A DNA stretch of 41,122 nucleotides from Paracoccaceae bacterium (GTDB taxonomy: Bacteria; Pseudomonadota; Alphaproteobacteria; Rhodobacterales; Rhodobacteraceae), in contig SKMI01000134.1 in NCBI GenBank assembly GCA_007121115.1, positions 1-41,122 of the forward strand, given 5' to 3'. Of this stretch, positions 1 to 7,996 are shown one piece after another. Each line of letters starts with the position of its first letter. The first letter of the stretch is position 1. The notes under the pieces are model-generated. The model was given only the letters and a program-made list of their open reading frames with translations, was not told the origin of the DNA and did not search any database. Position numbers and translations under genes: made by a program.

Positions 1-2
1 TG

Positions 3-983
3 GCGCCGCGCCGGGCCGATCTGGCGCTGGTGGCGGGGGATCTGGCACTCTGGCGCGGCGATCCGGCGCCGGGGTTGGCTGCGCTGGCGCCCGTGGCGCG
101 CGACTTCCCGGCGCGCCCCGCACTCTGGCCGCTGCTGGTGCGGCTGCATTTCACTGCCGGGGACCTGAAGGCGGCGCAGGCGGCGCTGGAGCGTCATGCG
201 GATTTGCAGGCGGCGCGGGGGGGGGCGGCGCCCGATCTGCGCGATCTGATGGTGGCCGATGCGCTGCAAGGGGCGGACGGACCCGGTGCGGCGGCTATGG
301 CGCTGGCCGCAGCCCAGGTGCGCTTTGTGCCTGCGGTGCCGGGGGCGGATATCCCGCGCCGGGTCGCGCATTACTGGGAAGGGGCGCAAAGCCCCGCGCA
401 GGCGCGTGCCCGTGCCCGCTGGGCGGCGCTGCATCCGGGCTTCACGCAGCGTGTGTTTGATGCCGAAAGCGCGCACGCCTGGATCGCTGCGCAGGAGGGT
501 GCCAAGCTGGCAGAGCGGTTTGCCGCGCTCCCGCGCCCGGCCCTGCGCGCGGATCTGTTCCGGTTGTGCCTGATGCGGCGCGAGGGGGGTATCTTCGCCG
601 ATCTGGACGAATTCCCGCGTCTGCCCGTCACGCCCTGGCTGGAAGGCGCGCGCGTGGTCCTGTGCCGCGAACGCGGCTTCGGCACCGTGGCCAACAATTT
701 CCTGGCCGCAGCGCCGGGTCAGGTGCTGTTCGACCGCGCGCTGGCGCTTGTGCTGGCGGCGCTGGACGGCACGGAAACCCCATACGCCTGGTGGCACAGT
801 GGCCCCGCACAACTGACACGCGCGCTGGCCGAAGAGATCGACACCCCGGAGCCGGGGCTGCGCCTGCTGGCGCAGGCCGACTACTGCCGCCGTGTGTCCA
901 CCAACCTGCCCTGGCCGCACAAGCGCGGTCCGGAACACTGGCGCAACGCGGGCGCGGTGGACAGCGACGCGGGCTTTACCTAG
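3..983 (+). CDS. Glycosyltransferase, GT32/OCH1-like DxD sugar-binding domain with helical N-terminal region; 5'-truncated by the window edge
   Basis: Frame is open from base 3. Motifs IPRRVAHYW, RADLFRL, GGIFADLD (DxD), NNFLAA and SGP are typical of the Gly_transf_sug family. Confidence 0.7.
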   Translation, partial: APRRADLALVAGDLALWRGDPAPGLAALAPVARDFPARPALWPLLVRLHFTAGDLKAAQAALERHADLQAARGGAAPDLRDLMVADALQGADGPGAAAMALAAAQVRFVPAVPGADIPRRVAHYWEGAQSPAQARARARWAALHPGFTQRVFDAESAHAWIAAQEGAKLAERFAALPRPALRADLFRLCLMRREGGIFADLDEFPRLPVTPWLEGARVVLCRERGFGTVANNFLAAAPGQVLFDRALALVLAALDGTETPYAWWHSGPAQLTRALAEEIDTPEPGLRLLAQADYCRRVSTNLPWPHKRGPEHWRNAGAVDSDAGFT

Positions 984-1010
984 GATCGCGCAGCGCAACC
1001 GGACGGTCTC

Positions 1011-1793
1011 ATGGGCACAGACGCAACGCAGGAGCAGGGTCTCGAGGCCCCAGGCGCCGCCGAGGCGCTGATCGTCGATGTGGACGGGTTCGAGGGGCCG
1101 CTGGACCTGTTGCTGACGCTTTCGCGCACGCAGAAGGTGGATTTGCGCCGCATTTCGGTGCTGCAACTGGCCGAACAATACCTGGGCTTCGTCGAACGCG
1201 CGCGGAAATTGCGGATCGAACTGGCGGCGGATTACCTGGTCATGGCGGCCTGGCTTGCGTTCCTGAAATCGCGGCTGCTGCTGCCGCCCGACCCGGCCGA
1301 GGAGGGGCCGAGCGGCGAGGAAATGGCCGCGCATCTGGCGTTTCAGCTGGAGCGGCTGGCGGCCATGCGCGATGCGGCGGCGCGGCTGATGGCGCGCGAC
1401 CGTCTGGGGCAGGATTTCTTCGCCCGCGGCGCCCCCGAGGCGGTGGGCGAAACGCGCCGCACCCGCTATGACGCGACCCTTCTGGAACTGATGCAGGCCT
1501 ATGCACGGCTGCGCACCCGCGATGATTTTCGCCCCTATGCCTTTGAACGCCATGATATCCTTGCCATCGAGGCGGCGCTGGAGCGGCTGACCGCGATCCT
1601 GGGCGAGGTGCCGGACTGGACCGCGCTCCAACGCTTCCTGCCCGAAGGGTGGCGCGGCTCACCGGGGCGGCGCCGCTCGGCGGTGGCCTCGACCTTTGCC
1701 GCGACGCTGGAACTCGCCAAGCAGGGGCGGGTGGAGCTGCGCCAGTCGGAGGTGTTTGCGCCCATCCACCTGCGCCGGAAACCGCATTCATGA
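1011..1793 (+). CDS. scpA: Segregation and condensation protein A (kleisin)
   Basis: FEGPLDLLLTL, AADYLVMAAWLAFLKSRLLLP, C-terminal F.A.LELAKQG.V.LRQ...FAPI; ATGA overlap with scpB. Confidence 0.96.
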   Translation: MGTDATQEQGLEAPGAAEALIVDVDGFEGPLDLLLTLSRTQKVDLRRISVLQLAEQYLGFVERARKLRIELAADYLVMAAWLAFLKSRLLLPPDPAEEGPSGEEMAAHLAFQLERLAAMRDAAARLMARDRLGQDFFARGAPEAVGETRRTRYDATLLELMQAYARLRTRDDFRPYAFERHDILAIEAALERLTAILGEVPDWTALQRFLPEGWRGSPGRRRSAVASTFAATLELAKQGRVELRQSEVFAPIHLRRKPHS

Positions 1794-2434
1794 GCACCGA
1801 CCCGGATCCGACCCTCTTCGCCGCGCCCCCCATGGCCGAGCAGGAGCGCATGGTCGAGGCGATGCTTTTTGCCGCGCCCGCGCCGCTGAGCGTGGCGGAA
1901 CTGGCGCGGCGGATGCCGCAGGGCTGCGATCCGGCCGAGGCGCTGATGCACCTGCGCTCGCGCTATGCCGGGCGGGGCGTCACTCTGGTGCGGGTCGGCG
2001 ACGGCTGGGCCATGCGCACCGCACCCGATCTGGGCTGGCTGATGCAGTCCGAGCGGGTGGAGACCCGGAAGCTCTCGCGCGCGGCGATCGAGACGCTGGC
2101 GATCATCGCCTATCACCAGCCCGTCACCCGCGCCGAGATCGAGGAGATCCGCGGCGTTGCCGTGTCGCGCGGGACCATCGACCTGCTGATGGAACTGGAC
2201 TGGATCCGGCTGGGGCGGCGGCGGATGACGCCGGGCCGCCCTGTGACATTCGTGGTGACCCAAGCCTTCCTGGATCACTTCGGCCTGGAATCGGCGCGCG
2301 ACCTTCCGGGGCTGGCGGAACTGCGCGCCGCCGGGCTGCTGGACAGCCGCCCCGCACCGGGACAGGGGCTGGCCGGCGAGGATGATGACGAAGACGGCAC
2401 GCCGCAGGGACAGAGCGAACTCTTCGAGGATTGA
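1790..2434 (+). CDS. scpB: SMC-Scp complex subunit ScpB
   Basis: ATG at 1790 overlaps the scpA stop. VEAMLFAA, LSRAAIETLAIIAYHQPVTRAEIEEIRGV, PGRP, FLDHFGL...DLP. Confidence 0.96.
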   Translation: MSTDPDPTLFAAPPMAEQERMVEAMLFAAPAPLSVAELARRMPQGCDPAEALMHLRSRYAGRGVTLVRVGDGWAMRTAPDLGWLMQSERVETRKLSRAAIETLAIIAYHQPVTRAEIEEIRGVAVSRGTIDLLMELDWIRLGRRRMTPGRPVTFVVTQAFLDHFGLESARDLPGLAELRAAGLLDSRPAPGQGLAGEDDDEDGTPQGQSELFED

Positions 2435-2447
2435 GCGGAACCTGTGG

Positions 2448-2476
2448 TTGGTTTGGGGGCGTGCCCGTGTTAGCTT
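2448..2476 (+). promoter_or_regulatory. Candidate sigma70-like promoter for the small ORF
   Basis: TTGGTT (2448-2453), 17 bp spacer, TAGCTT (2471-2476). Confidence 0.35.
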
Positions 2477-2542
2477 GGGTCAACAGCCCGGAAGAGGCTG
2501 CCCGAGGCGACGCACACAGCACGAGCAGAGGAGCCTGCACCC

Positions 2543-2707
2543 ATGAATATATCCCGCATTCTTCACGATATCTGGCGCCAGATCTTCGCGCGCCGGATCC
2601 GGTCCTCGGTCTACAGCAAGATGGCGCGGGGCGAGAGCAAGATCAGCAACTCGATCCGCAACACCATGACCGGCAGCAATCGCGGCGGGGACCGCGACAA
2701 CAAGTAA
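2543..2707 (+). CDS. Small basic hypothetical protein, 54 aa (MNISRILHDIWRQIFARRIRSSVYSKMARGESKISNSIRNTMTGSNRGGDRDNK)
   Basis: Hand-translated and absent from the ORF track. GAGGAG RBS at 2528-2533, ATG 2543, TAA 2705-2707, mostly G/C third positions; fills the scpB-ASKHA gap. Confidence 0.7.
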   Translation: MNISRILHDIWRQIFARRIRSSVYSKMARGESKISNSIRNTMTGSNRGGDRDNK

Positions 2708-2737
2708 CCCGGTCCGGACCGGACCAAGGGGCGCGGT

Positions 2738-4768
2738 TCAGCCGCGCCGCCGTCGCCGTGCCGTATCGCCGCCGCCGGTGTTGAAGCTGACCTGCGGCAG
2801 GGTTACCACCTGGGCCAGTTCCGGGAACGGGTCCACGGCGTGCGGGAGTGCGCTGGCGTTGACGAAGTGTTCCTGAAACCGGGGCTCGATCGCCGTTTCC
2901 ACCTTGTGAATGCGCTTCACGGTCGACTCGATGGCGGCGCGCGCGCCCGCGTTGCACAGGGCGATCCGCGCGCCGGTCCCGGCGGCGTTTCCGGCGCTGG
3001 TGACCTTGTCTAGCCGGGCGTCGGGGATCATGCCCAGCACCATGGCGTGTTTCGGCGAGATATGCGCGCCGAATGCCCCGGCCAGCACCACGCGGTCCAC
3101 ACGGTCCACGCCCAACTCGTCCATCAACAGCCGGGCACCCGCGTAGAGCGCTGATTTCGCAAGCTGGATCGCGCGGATATCGCCCTGCGTCACGGTGATG
3201 CGCGGCCCGCCCGTGTCGCTGGCGTCATGGATGAGATAGGCATGGGTGCGCCCCTCGGCCACGCAGCGCTCGGTGCCGGTCTGCGCCGCCGATCCGATCA
3301 GCCCGGCGGCATCGACCAGCCCCGCCATGCGCATCTCGGCCACGGCTTCGATGATGCCGGAGCCGCAGATGCCGGTGATGCCGGTGGCCGCCGTGGTGTC
3401 AGTGAAGCCCGGATCGTCGGACCACAGATCGCAGCCGATGACGCGGAAGCGGGGTTCCTTGGTCACCGGGTCGATCTCCAGCCGTTCGATGGCACCTGGC
3501 GCTGCGCGCTGGCCGGAACTGATCTGCGCGCCCTCGAAGGCCGGGCCGGTGGGCGACGAACACGCCAGCACCCGGTCGCGGTTGCCCAGCAGAATCTCGG
3601 CATTGGTGCCCACATCCACCACCAGAACCAGGTCGTCCGATTTCTCCGGCGCTTCGGACAGCGCCACGGCGGCGGCATCGGCGCCGACGTGGCCTGCGAT
3701 GCAGGGCAGCATGTAGAGCCGCGCCGCCGGGTTCAGCGCATCGAGGCCGAGATCACGCGCCGGCGCCTCCACCGCGTCCGAGGTTGCCAGCGCAAAGGGC
3801 GCCTGGCCCAGTTCCACCGGGTCGATGCCGAGGAACAGATGGTGCATGACCGGGTTGCAGACCACCACCGCCTCGACCAGATCGCGCAGGTCCACGCCCG
3901 CTTCGGCCGCGGTTTCGCGGATCAGGGTGTTCATGCCGTCGCGCACGGCCCGGGTCATTTCCACATCGCCGCCGGGGTTCATCATGGCGTAGCTCACGCG
4001 GCTCATCAGATCCTCGCCGAAGCGGATCTGCGGGTTCATGATCCCGTTCGAGGCCAGCACCGCCCCGGTGCGCAGGTCCACCAGATGCGCTGCGATGGTG
4101 GTGGAGCCAAGGTCAATGGCCATGCCGCAAAGCGGTGCCTCGCGCAGTCCGGGCCACAGGTCGATGAGCCGCCACGGCCCGCCGCGATGGTCCCGGAACA
4201 GTGCCACGGTGACCGCCCATTTGCCTGCGCGCAGCGTGGGTTGCAGTTTGCGCATCACGTCAAGATCGGCGCGCAGATCACTGATATCCCATTGCTTCCG
4301 CAGCGCATCGGCCAGCCGTTCCAGATCGCCCGAGGGCTCGTGCATGTCGGGCTCGGCGACCTCGACGTAGAAAAGCCGCGTGGCCGGGTCCATGACGATA
4401 TCGCGGACAGCGGCGGATTTGCGCACCACCTGCCGGTGAACCTGGCTTTCGGGGGGCACGTCGATGACCACATCGGAGTTGATCTGCGCCTGACAACCCA
4501 GCCGCCGCCCGTCGATCATGCCGCGCTTGTCCTTGTAGCGCTGTTCGACCGCGTTCCAGTCCGAGAGCGCGCCCGGCGCCACGGTCACCCCGTGCTTGGC
4601 AAACTCGCCTACGCCCGGCGCCACCTGGCATTTGGAGCAGATGCCGCGCCCGCCGCAGACGCTGTCCAGATCGACGCCAAGCTGCCGCGCGGCTGTCAGC
4701 ACAGAGGTGCCCGCAGGCACCCGCCCGCGTTTGCCCGAGGGGGTGAAGATTACAAGGGGGTCGGTCAT
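2738..4768 (-). CDS. 2Fe-2S ferredoxin plus ASKHA ATPase domain protein (RACo/RamA-like reductive activator of corrinoids, DUF4445)
   Basis: N-terminal CGGRGICSKC...RLGCQ 2Fe-2S motif; DLGSTT, FGEDLMSR, DVGTNAE, GPAFEG, GICGSG, AGAFG, GNAAG. Confidence 0.9.
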   Translation of the reverse strand: MTDPLVIFTPSGKRGRVPAGTSVLTAARQLGVDLDSVCGGRGICSKCQVAPGVGEFAKHGVTVAPGALSDWNAVEQRYKDKRGMIDGRRLGCQAQINSDVVIDVPPESQVHRQVVRKSAAVRDIVMDPATRLFYVEVAEPDMHEPSGDLERLADALRKQWDISDLRADLDVMRKLQPTLRAGKWAVTVALFRDHRGGPWRLIDLWPGLREAPLCGMAIDLGSTTIAAHLVDLRTGAVLASNGIMNPQIRFGEDLMSRVSYAMMNPGGDVEMTRAVRDGMNTLIRETAAEAGVDLRDLVEAVVVCNPVMHHLFLGIDPVELGQAPFALATSDAVEAPARDLGLDALNPAARLYMLPCIAGHVGADAAAVALSEAPEKSDDLVLVVDVGTNAEILLGNRDRVLACSSPTGPAFEGAQISSGQRAAPGAIERLEIDPVTKEPRFRVIGCDLWSDDPGFTDTTAATGITGICGSGIIEAVAEMRMAGLVDAAGLIGSAAQTGTERCVAEGRTHAYLIHDASDTGGPRITVTQGDIRAIQLAKSALYAGARLLMDELGVDRVDRVVLAGAFGAHISPKHAMVLGMIPDARLDKVTSAGNAAGTGARIALCNAGARAAIESTVKRIHKVETAIEPRFQEHFVNASALPHAVDPFPELAQVVTLPQVSFNTGGGDTARRRRRG

Positions 4769-4870
4769 CCGGCACTCCTGCGCAGGGCTGGCTCCGACCA
4801 GATACTCCAGCGCCCGGTCCAGAGAAGACCGGGCGCGGCATTCAAGCGTTCATTTGCGGCATCCTGCCGT

Positions 4871-5296
4871 TCAACTGAACCGGCGCGAGACCAGCACCGA
4901 AATCGGCGAATGGCGCACCACCCGCGCGGCGGTGGAGCCGATGAAGTAGTCACTGAACCCCGGTTTGTGCGAGGCGATCATGATCAGGTCCGCGTTGCAC
5001 TCCTTGGCGCACTGCAGGATCTGGGTCGAGGGCTTGCCCGCGCGCAGGTCGACATCCACCTGCACCCCCCGCGCCGCGGCCGCGAGTGACTCCAGCTGCT
5101 CGCGCACCGCCTTGCGGTGATTCATCAACTGTTCCTTGGTCATGGCGGCCACCATGTAGGGCGGGATTTCGTCCAGCACGTGTACGAGGGTGATGGTGCC
5201 GCCGGGCGACAGCATCTTGCGCGCCTTGTCGATCAGCCCGCGACTGGTCGCGCCCTTGCTGAACAGGGCGGCGGCGACAACGATGGAATTGAACAT
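4871..5296 (-). CDS. Universal stress protein (UspA family), copy 1
   Basis: MFNSIVVA, LVHV, ADLIMIASHKPG...IGSTAARVVRH. Confidence 0.92.
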   Translation of the reverse strand: MFNSIVVAAALFSKGATSRGLIDKARKMLSPGGTITLVHVLDEIPPYMVAAMTKEQLMNHRKAVREQLESLAAAARGVQVDVDLRAGKPSTQILQCAKECNADLIMIASHKPGFSDYFIGSTAARVVRHSPISVLVSRRFS

Positions 5297-5399
5297 GCAG
5301 GCTCTCCCATATCCTTGCAGGGCGCGGCGGTTTCAGCGGCGCTGGTCCGGCGGACAGTGCCATGTGCGCGCGGTTAAATCAAACGGCAAGCAGTCCGGC

Positions 5400-5816
5400 T
5401 CAGCGCAGCACCATCACCGAGGTCTGCGCGTGCCGGACCACGCGCGTGGCGGTCGAACCGATGAAATAGTCGCCGAAGCCCGGCTTGTGCGAGGCGATCA
5501 TGATCAGATCCGCCTTCGTTTCGGTCGCCGTGCCCAGGATACCGGCCGAGGGCGTGCCCATGCGCACCACGGTTTCGATTTTGATGTCACCGGCCTCGTT
5601 TGCGATGGCCTCAAGCTCGTCCTGCGCCTCGCGCTGGCGTTTGCTCTGCAACTCGGCCGGGATGCGCGCGGCTGCGAACTGCGGGATCTCGTCGACGACA
5701 TGGACAACCACCAGCTTGCCGCCGGGGTTGAGCATGTCGCGTGCCTTGCGGATCAGGCCGCGGGTTGTCTGCCCCTTGCTGAACAGGGCGGCGGCAATCA
5801 GGATCGTGTCATACAT
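5400..5816 (-). CDS. Universal stress protein (UspA family), copy 2
   Basis: MYDTILIA, VVHV, ADLIMIASHKPG...IGSTATRVVRHA; GGAGG RBS. Confidence 0.92.
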   Translation of the reverse strand: MYDTILIAAALFSKGQTTRGLIRKARDMLNPGGKLVVVHVVDEIPQFAAARIPAELQSKRQREAQDELEAIANEAGDIKIETVVRMGTPSAGILGTATETKADLIMIASHKPGFGDYFIGSTATRVVRHAQTSVMVLR

Positions 5817-5959
5817 GGTGTTCCTCCGAAAACTCTGCGCGACGATGCGCTGTTGATCTGCCCAACTCTATCGCCGGGCGGCGCGTCCGGTAAGCCCGAA
5901 CCGCCGTCAGGGGTCTGCAAACCGACACCCGCGCTCACGGGGCGACCCGGCGCAGCGCC

Positions 5960-6370
5960 TCAGCGCGCGATCAGCACCGAGGTCTGCGCGTGCCGGACCA
6001 CCCGCGCCGCGGTGGAACCGATGAAATAGTCACTCAGGCCCGGCTTGTGCGAAGCGATCATGATCAGATCGGCGTTGCTGTCCTCGGCCGATTGCAGGAT
6101 CTGCCCCGAGGCCGCGCCCATGCGCACCTCGGTTTCCACGCGCGCGTCCACGCCGCCCGCAAGGGTCTTCAGCTCCACGCTTGCCTCGGCCCGGCGGCGG
6201 TCGGACAGGTCGCGCGGCAGTTCGGCGGCGATGTAACTGGGCACTTCCTCCAGCACGTGCAGCAGGCGTATCTCGCCGCCGGCGTCGATCATGCGCACGG
6301 CCTTGTTCAGCAGCGCCTTGCCCTGATCCATGTTGGCAAGGTCGACGGCGACGATGATGCGGGAAAACAT
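5960..6370 (-). CDS. Universal stress protein (UspA family), copy 3
   Basis: MFSRIIVAVD, LLHV, ADLIMIASHKPG...IGSTAARVVRHA; AAGGAG RBS. Confidence 0.93.
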   Translation of the reverse strand: MFSRIIVAVDLANMDQGKALLNKAVRMIDAGGEIRLLHVLEEVPSYIAAELPRDLSDRRRAEASVELKTLAGGVDARVETEVRMGAASGQILQSAEDSNADLIMIASHKPGLSDYFIGSTAARVVRHAQTSVLIAR

Positions 6371-6437
6371 GGGGTCTCCTTCCTGTGCGTTGGCTGTGGC
6401 CTGCCGGGCAGGTTAGGGGGCAGCGTGCCACGCGGCG

Positions 6438-6451
6438 TTGATCCTGGTCAA
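6438..6451. promoter_or_regulatory. FNR/FnrL/FixK-type binding site upstream of the usp cluster
   Basis: TTGAT-CCTG-GTCAA matches 9 of 10 positions of TTGAT-N4-ATCAA, about 70 bp upstream of the first usp start (6370). Confidence 0.7.
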
Positions 6452-6637
6452 ACCGTATGTGCGGCGAACCGTATTCGCGGTGGTCGGCGGTTTCCGCGCT
6501 GCCCCATGATGCGCCCCTGCCGCGGTGGGGCGCAAGTGTTTCGCTCTGTCGCCAAGTGTGAGGCGCTGGGCCATTGCATTCGCAGCGTCTCCGCAGCATA
6601 CGATCCGGCAGAGCGTCCGACAGAAGAGCGCAACGGC

Positions 6638-7996
6638 ATGAGCATTTCCCTTGTCATTCTGGCGGCGGGGCAGGGCACCCGCATGAATTCCGACCTGCCG
6701 AAGGTGCTGCACCCGCTGGCCGGGGCGCCGCTGGTGGCCCATGCCCTGACCGCCGGGCGCGCGCTGGATCCCGCGCAGGTGGTGGTTGTGGCCGGGCACG
6801 GCGCCGATGCCGTGCGCGCCGCGCTGGCCGAAATCGACGACAGCGTGACCGTGGTGGAGCAGGCCGAGCAGCGCGGCACCGCCCACGCCGTGGCGCAGGC
6901 GCGCGCCGCGCTGGACGGGGTCGGCGGCGATGTGGTGGTGCTTTACGGTGACACGCCCTTTGTCAGCGCCGACACGCTGGAGCGGATGCGCGCGGCGCGC
7001 GCTGTGCATGATGTGGTGGTGCTGGGGTTCGACGCCACCGACCCGGGCCGCTACGGGCGCCTGATGGTCGAGGATGATGACGAAACGCTGGCCCGGATCG
7101 TCGAGTTCAAGGACGCCACGCCTGCCGAACGCGCGGTCACGCTGTGCAACAGCGGGCTTGTCTGCGCCGACCGGGCGGTGCTGTTCGATCTGGTCGCCGC
7201 CGTGGGCAATGACAACGCGTCCGGCGAGTTCTACCTGACCGACATCGTGGCGCTGGCGCGCGGGCGGGGGTTGCGTGCGGGCGTGGTATTGTGCCCCGAG
7301 GCGGAAACGCTGGGTATAAACACCCGCACCGAGTTGGCCGCCGCCGAGGCCGCGTTTCAGGCCCGCGCACGGGCGGCGGCGCTGGACGATGGCGTGACCC
7401 TGACCACGCCGGATACGGTGCATTTCGCCCATGACACGGTGATCGGCCGCGACGCGGTGGTGGAGCAATTCGTTGTCTTCGGCCCCGGCGTGACGGTCGA
7501 ATCGGGGGCAACGGTGCGGGCGTTCTCGCATCTGGAAGGGTGCCACGTCAGCCGTGGCGCCGTGGTCGGCCCCTACGCCCGCCTGCGCCCCGGCGCGGAA
7601 CTGGCCGAGGGCGTGCGCGTCGGCAATTTCGTCGAGGTCAAGAACACGGTGATGGACGAAGGCGCCAAGGCCAACCATCTGACCTATCTGGGTGACGCGC
7701 ATGTCGGGGCGGGCGCCAATATCGGCGCGGGCACCGTCACCTGCAACTATGATGGCGTGTTCAAGCACCGCACCGAGATCGGCGCGGGTGCCTTCATCGG
7801 CTCGGACACCATGCTGGTGGCGCCGGTGCGCCTTGGCGCCGGGGCGGTCACCGGGTCCGGTTCCGTCATCACCGAAGACGTGGCCGAGGGCGCGCTGGCC
7901 ATCGGCCGGGCAAAGCAGGTTACCAAACCGGGGCTGGGCGCGCGGCTGATGCAACGGCTGCGCGCGGCCCGCGATGCGGCGAAAGGAAAGTCATAA
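6638..7996 (+). CDS. glmU: Bifunctional UDP-N-acetylglucosamine pyrophosphorylase / glucosamine-1-phosphate N-acetyltransferase
   Basis: True start ATG 6638 (MSISLVILAAGQGTRMNSDLPKVLH); GTAHAV, YGDTP, EFYLTD, hexapeptide repeats, GNFVEVK, HLTYLGDA, TCNYDG. Confidence 0.98.
   Translation: MSISLVILAAGQGTRMNSDLPKVLHPLAGAPLVAHALTAGRALDPAQVVVVAGHGADAVRAALAEIDDSVTVVEQAEQRGTAHAVAQARAALDGVGGDVVVLYGDTPFVSADTLERMRAARAVHDVVVLGFDATDPGRYGRLMVEDDDETLARIVEFKDATPAERAVTLCNSGLVCADRAVLFDLVAAVGNDNASGEFYLTDIVALARGRGLRAGVVLCPEAETLGINTRTELAAAEAAFQARARAAALDDGVTLTTPDTVHFAHDTVIGRDAVVEQFVVFGPGVTVESGATVRAFSHLEGCHVSRGAVVGPYARLRPGAELAEGVRVGNFVEVKNTVMDEGAKANHLTYLGDAHVGAGANIGAGTVTCNYDGVFKHRTEIGAGAFIGSDTMLVAPVRLGAGAVTGSGSVITEDVAEGALAIGRAKQVTKPGLGARLMQRLRAARDAAKGKS

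Noticed and set aside
5356-6430. TGGCAC hexamers on the minus strand upstream of two usp genes as sigma54 promoters
   Set aside because: No TTGC -12 element at the required spacing.
5990-6637. N-terminal extension of glmU in the ORF track (similar extensions for scpB, M32, aminotransferase 2, Gfo 2, SDR, OppD, SBP1, GntR)
   Set aside because: The extensions overlap other genes or promoters, and family homology starts at the downstream ATG, usually with an RBS or stop/start overlap.
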